Source of the DNA: Auanema rhodensis
Lineage: Eukaryota > Animalia > Nematoda
Reading direction: 5' to 3'
Assembly (NCBI GenBank): GCA_964057225.1
Contig: OZ059895.1
Span: 11,594,001-11,658,000, forward strand
Length of the DNA: 64,000 bases
This document shows, in pieces, positions 58,201-64,000 of this stretch; the stretch's first letter is position 1, and the number at the start of each line of letters is the position of its first letter. The position numbers were made by a program, and so were the translations under genes. Under the pieces are notes generated by a model. It saw only the letters and a list, made by a program, of their open reading frames with translations. It had not been told where the DNA came from and searched no databases.

Positions 58201-61200
58201 AAATTACATAACTAACATGAAATTGGGAAAAAATTATAACGAGGATAAGTATGTGAAACATTGAATATCAGATATTTTTGCTTACAACTATAGCACGTTG
58301 TAAGTACGCCATGCCGCTGATTTTCAATTTTAACTCTTTTGTAACAAATGTTTTCAATTTTCAAGCAGTTTTACTCAGATAGCTTAACCCAAGGCAGCAA
58401 ATTATCTTCAATATTATTTCTATCTTACAGTTATAAACCAATAGTTAATGAACCATCATCTTACCTTTACTGTTTCTATCTATTTCCTATCGAAAGCAAC
58501 TTCGTTCAAACACTATACAACTGTGAAACCTTTTTTAATTTCTTGTATTTGCAGCTCATAAGATTTGATATCATTGAGGGATTTAGATAGAACGTGGAAA
58601 ATTACATAACTACCATAAAATTGGAAAAAACTATAACGAGGATAAGTATGTAAATCATTGAATATCAGATATTTTTGCTTACAACTATACCACGTTGTAA
58701 GTACGCCATGCCGCTGATTTTCAATTTTAACTCTTTTGTAACAAATGTTTTCAATTTTCAAGCAGTTTTACTCAGATAGCTTAACCCAAGGCAGCAAATT
58801 ATCTTCAATATTATTTCTATCTTACAGTTATAAACCAATAGTTAATGAACCATCATCTTACCTTTACTATTTCTATCTATTTCCTATCAAAACCAACTTT
58901 GTTCAAACACTATACAACTGAGAAGCCTTTTTTAATTTCTTGTATTTGGAGTTCATAAGATTTGATATCATTGAGGGATTTAGATAGAACGTGGAAAATT
59001 ACATAACTACCATGAAATTGGAAAAAACTATAACGAGGATAAGTATGTAAATCATTGAATATCAGATATTTTTGCTTACAACTATACCACGTTGTAAGTA
59101 CGCCATGCCGCTGATTTTCAATTTTAACTCTTTTGTAACAAATGTTTTCAATTTTCAAGCAGTTTCACTCAGATAGCTTAACCCAAGGCAGCAAATTATC
59201 TTCAATATTATTTCTATCTCACAGTTATAAACCAATAGTTAATGAACCATCATCTTACCCTTACCGTTTCTATCTATTTCCTATCGAAACCAACTTTGTT
59301 CAAAAACTATACAACTGTGAAACCTTTTTTAATTTCTTGTATTTGGAGCTCATAAGATTTGATATCATTGAGGGATCCAGATAGAACGTGGAAAATTACG
59401 TAACTAACATGAAATTGGAAAAAACTATAACGAGGATAAGTATGTAAATCATTGAATATCAGATATTTTTGCTTACAACTATAGCACGTTGTAAGTACGC
59501 CATGCCGCTGATTTTCAATTTTAACTCTTTTGTAACAAATGTTTTCAATTTTCAAGCAGTTTTACTCAGATAGCTTAACCCAAGGCAGCAAATTATCTTC
59601 AATATTATTTCTATCTTACAGTTATAAACCAATAGTTAATGAACCATCATCTTACCTTTACTGTTTCTATCTATTTCCTTTCGAAACCAACTTTGTTCAA
59701 AAACTATACAACTGTGAAACCTTTTTTAATTTCTTGTATTTGGAGCTCATAAGATTTGATATCATTGAAGGATCCAGATAGAACGTGGAAAATTACGTAA
59801 CTTACATGAAATTGGAAAAAACTATAACGAGGATAAGTATGTAAATCATTGAATATCAGATATTTTTGCTTACAACTATACCACGTTGTAAGTACGCCAT
59901 GCCGCTGATTTTCAATTTTAACTCTTTTGTAACAAATGTTTTCAATTTTCAAGCAGTTTTACTCAGATAGCTCAACCCAAGGCAGCAAATTATCTTCAAT
60001 ATTATTTCTATCTTACAGTTATAAACCAATAGTTAATGAACCATCATCTTACCTTTACTGTTTCTATCTATTTCCTATCGAAAGCAACTTCGTTCAAACA
60101 CTATACAACTGTGAAACCTTTTTTAATTTCTTGTATTTGGAGCTCATAAGATTTGATATCATTGAGGGATTTAGATAGAACGTGGAAAATTACATAACTA
60201 CCATGAAATTGGAAAAAACTATAACGAGGATAAGTATGTAAATCATTGAATATCAGATATTTTTGCTTACAACTATACCACGTTGTAAGTACGCCATGCC
60301 GCTGATTTTCAATTTTAACTCTTTTATAACAAATGTTTTCAATTTTCAAGCAGTTTTACTCAGATAGCTTAACCCAAGGCAGCAAATTATCTTCAATATT
60401 ATTTCTATCTTACAGTTATAAACCAATAGTTAATGAACCATCATCTTACCTTAACTGTTTCTATCTATTTCCTATCGAAAGCAACTTTGTTCAAACACTA
60501 TACAACTGTGAAACCTTTTTTAATTTCTTGTATTTGGAGCTCATAAGATTTGATATCATTGAGGGATCCAGATAGAACGTGGAAAATTACGTAACTAACA
60601 TGAAATTGGAAAAATCTATAACGAGGATAAGTATGTGAATCATTGAATATCAGATATTTTCGCTTAGGACCATACCACGTTGAAAGTTCGCCATGCCGCT
60701 GATTTTCAATTTTAACTCTTTTGTAACAAATGTTTTCAATTTTCAAGCAGTTTTACTCAGATAGCTTAACCCAAGGCAGCAAATTATCTTCAATATTATT
60801 TCTATCTTACAGTTATAAACCAATAGTTAATGAACCATCATCTTACCCTTACCGTTTCTATCTATTTCATATCGAAACCAACTTTGTTCAAAAACTATAC
60901 AACTGTGAAACCTTTTTTAATTTCTTGTATTTGGAGCTCATAAGATTTGATATCATTAAGGGATCCAGATAGAACGTGGAAAATTACATAACTAACATGA
61001 AATTGGGAAAAAATTATAACGAGGATAAGTATGTAAATCATTGAATATCAGATATTTTCGCTTACGACCATACCACGTTGGAAGTACGCCATGCCGCTGA
61101 TTTTCAATTTTAACTCTTCTGTAACAAATGTTTTCAATTTTCAAGCAGTTTTACTCAGATAGCTCAACCCAAGGCAGCAATTTATTTTCAATATTATTTC

Positions 61201-64000
61201 TATCTTTCAGTTATAAACCAATAGTTAATGAACCATCATCTTACCCTTACCGTTTCTATCTATTTCCTATCGAAACCAACTTTGTTCAAAAACTATACAA
61301 CTGTGAAACCTTTTTTAATTTCTTGTATTTGGAGCTCATAAGATTTGATATCATTGAGGGATCCAGATAGAACGTGGAAAATTACATAACTACCATGAAA
61401 TTGGGAAAAAATTGTAACGAGGATAAGTATGTAAATCAATGAATATCAGATATTTTCGCTTACGACCATACCACGTTGAAAGTACGCCATGCCGCTGATT
61501 TTCAATTTTAACTCTTCTGTAACGAATGTTTTCAATTTTCAAGCAGTTTTACTCAGAAAGCTCAACCCAAGGCAGCAAATTATCTTCAATATTATTTCTA
61601 TCTTACAGTTATAAACCAATAGTTAATGAACCATCATCTTACCTTCACTGTTTCTATCTATTTCCTATCGAAAGCAACTTTGTTCAAACACTATACAACT
61701 GTGAAACCTTTTTTAATTTCTTGTATTTGGAGCTCATAAGATTTGATATCATAGAGGGATCCAGATAGAACGTGGAAAATTACATAACTAACATGAAATT
61801 GGGAAAAAATTATAACGAGGATAAGTATGTGAAACATTGAATATCAGATATTTTCGCTCAGGACCATACCACGTTAAAAGTACGGCATGCGGCTGATTTT
61901 CAATTTTAACTCTTCTGTAACAAATGTTTTCAATTTTCAAGCAGTTTTACTTAGATAGCTCAACCCAAGGCAGCAAATTATCTTCAATATTATTTCTATC
62001 TTACAGTTATAAACCAATAGTTAATGAACCATCATCTTACCTTTACTGTTTCTATCTATTTCCTATCGAAAGCAACTTTGTTCAAACACTATACAACTGT
62101 GAAACCTTTTTTAATTTCTTGTATTTGGAGCTCATAAGATTTGATATCATAGAGGGATCCAGATAGAACGTGGACAATTACGTAACTAACATAAAATTGG
62201 AAAAAACTATAACGAGGATAAGTATGTGAATCGTTGAATATCAGATATTTTCGCTTAGGACCATACCACGTTGAAAGTACGCAATGCCGCTGATTTTCAA
62301 TTTTAACTCTTCTGTAACAAATGTTTTCAATTTTCAAGCAGTTTTACTTAGATAGCTCAACCCAAGGCAGCAAATTATCTTCAATCTTATTTCTATCTTA
62401 CAGTTATAAACCAGTAGTGAATGAACCATCATCTTACCTTCACTGTTTCTATCTATTTCCTATCAAAACCAACTTTGTTCAAACACTATACAACTGAGAA
62501 GCCTCTTTTAATTTCTTGTATTTGGAGTTCATAAGATTTGATATCATTGAGGGATCCAGATAGAACGTGGAAAATTACATAACTAACATGAAATTGGGAA
62601 AAAATTATAACGAGGATAAGTATGTAAATCATTGAATATCAGATATTTTCGCTTAGGACCATACCACGTTAAAAGTACGGCATGCGGCTGATTTTCAATT
62701 TTAACTCTTCTGTAACAAATGTTTTCAATTTTCAAGCAGTTTTACTTAGATAGCTCAACCCAAGGCAGCAAATTATCTTCAATATTATTTCTATCTTACA
62801 GTTATAAACCAATAGTTAATGAACCATCATCTTACCTTCACTGTTTCTATCTATTTCCTATCGAAAGCAACTTTGTTCAAACACTATACAACTGTGAAAC
62901 CTTTTTTAATTTCTTGTATTTGGAGCTCATAAGATTTGATATCATCGAGGGATCCAGATAGAACGTGGAAAATTACATAACTAACATGAAATTGGGAAAA
63001 AATTATAACGAGGATAAGTATGTAAATCATTGAATATCAGATATTTTCGCTTAGGACCATACCACGTTAAAAGTACGGCATGCGGCTGATTTTCAATTTT
63101 AACTCTTTTGTAACAGATGTTTTCAATTTTCAAGCAGTTTTACTCAGATAGCTTAACCCAAGGCAGCAAATTATCTTCAATATTATTTCTATCTCCCAGT
63201 TATAAACCAATAGTTAATGAACCATCATCTTACCCTTACCGTTTCTATCTATTTCATATCGAAACCAACTTTGTTCAAAAACTATACAACTGTGAAACCT
63301 TTTTTAATTTCTTGTATTTGGAGCTCATAAGATTTGATATCATTAAGGGATCCAGATAGAACGTGGAAAATTACATAACTAACACGAAATTGGGAAAAAA
63401 TTATAACGAGGATAAGTATGTAAATCATTGAATATCAGATATTTTCGCTTACGACCATACCACGTTGAAAGTACGCCATGCCGCTGATTTTCAATTTTAA
63501 CTCTTCTGTAACGAATGTTTTCAATTTCCAAGCAGTTTTACTTAGAAAGCTCAACCCAAGGCAGCAAATTATCTTCAATATTATTTCTATCTTACAGTTT
63601 TAAACCATTAGTTAATAAACCATCATCTTACCCTTACCGTTTCTATATATTTCCTATCGAAACCAACTTTGTTCAAAAACTATACAACTGTGAAACCTTT
63701 CTTAATTTCTTGTATTTGGAGCTCATAAGATTTGATATCATTGAGGGATCCAGATAGAACGTAGAAAATTACATAACTACCATGAAATTGGGAAAAAATT
63801 GTAACGAGGATAAGTATGTAAATCATTGAATATCAGATATTTTCGCTTACGACCATACCACGTTGAAAGAATGCCATGCCGCTGATTTTCAATTTTAACT
63901 CTTCTGTAACGAATGTTTCCAATTTCCAAGCAGTTTTACTTAGAAAGCTCAACCCAAGGCAGCAAATTATCTTCAATATTATTTCTATCTTACAGTTTTA
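43257..64000. repeat. Array domain 3: heterogeneous, more diverged layer with local block duplications
   Basis: Type C is absent, the 398 bp (ttggg) allele is frequent, and there are many private or low-copy SNPs. Divergence is highest at about 56.4-57.6 kb and 60.7-64 kb. Confidence 0.8.
53991..60509. repeat. Duplicated ~2.15 kb block (53991-~56138 and 58362-~60509), offset 4371 bp (11 monomers)
   Basis: The same ordered rare variants occur in both blocks: tttgcagctc, gtttcactc, tatagcacg, cctttcgaa/acttacatg, ttttataac, ccttaactg. Confidence 0.85.

Larger units (their letters stand above)
1..64000. repeat. Tandem satellite DNA array, ~397 bp monomer, 161 complete copies plus a partial copy, single orientation; putative centromeric/pericentromeric satellite
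   Basis: The motif caagcagttttactcagatagc recurs at 1, 399, 796, 1193, 1590 ... 63927 with 396-398 bp spacing (one 384 bp copy). The ORF track repeats with the same period. No unique sequence is present and the array runs off both window edges. Confidence 0.99.

Noticed and set aside
550-62337. Repeated 82-84 aa minus-strand ORF (MKIENICYKRVK...) as a tandem multigene family
   Set aside because: It starts at TTG and has no recognisable domain. Most variants are non-synonymous, and it is freely broken by frameshifts (ttggg and A7 alleles, type C deletion) and stop codons. Its recurrence simply reflects the satellite period, with no sign of coding constraint.
782-63757. Repeated 66-80 aa plus-strand ORF (MFSIFKQFYSDS...)
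   Set aside because: Its F/S/Y/L-rich composition is what T-rich DNA gives by chance. It overlaps the minus-strand ORF, is truncated by common stop alleles (tag, taa, tga) in many monomer types, and shows no homology I recognise.
1-64000. CRISPR array or other repeat-spacer/cassette system
   Set aside because: There are no unique spacers: the entire 397 bp unit is repeated with only SNP-level differences, and there are no cas, integrase or recombinase genes.
1-64000. 5S rDNA, tRNA, snRNA or spliced-leader RNA tandem gene array
   Set aside because: The unit length is compatible, but I find no recognisable 5S, tRNA or snRNA sequence or Pol III A/B/C boxes, and GC content is low. An Infernal/Rfam search would settle it; a hit would overturn this rejection.
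1-64000. Transposon insertion, inversion or telomeric repeat within the array
   Set aside because: Monomer phase is continuous from 1 to 63927 with only 1 bp shifts and one 13 bp deletion, leaving no room for inserted or inverted sequence.

Overview
The whole 64 kb window is one uninterrupted, head-to-tail tandem satellite array. It contains 161 complete copies of an AT-rich (about 31% GC, counted in the first copy) 396-398 bp monomer plus a 74 bp partial copy, all in the same orientation. I see no genes, transposon insertions, inversions, RNA genes or CRISPR spacers. Every ORF in the supplied track is a translation of the same monomer and is most likely spurious. The real structure lies in the monomer variants, which define three layers. 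(1) From about 1 to 27.4 kb, a homogeneous domain built from higher-order repeats (HORs): a 4762 bp 12-mer containing a nested 1190 bp trimer duplication, 8-mer (3176 bp) and 13-mer variants, and a copied block offset by 8333 bp. (2) From about 27.4 to 43 kb, a domain with new diagnostic variants and 5-, 7- and 8-mer periods. (3) From about 43 to 64 kb, a more heterogeneous domain with local block duplications and divergence rising toward the right end. The monomer carries several dyad symmetries, including an 8-bp-stem hairpin present in only one of two allelic haplotypes, and shows traces of an ancient two-subunit (about 200 bp) origin. The architecture resembles eukaryotic centromeric or pericentromeric satellite DNA, but neither the organism nor centromere function can be determined from sequence alone. 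Monomer type letters (A-J) are my own labels, assigned by eye.
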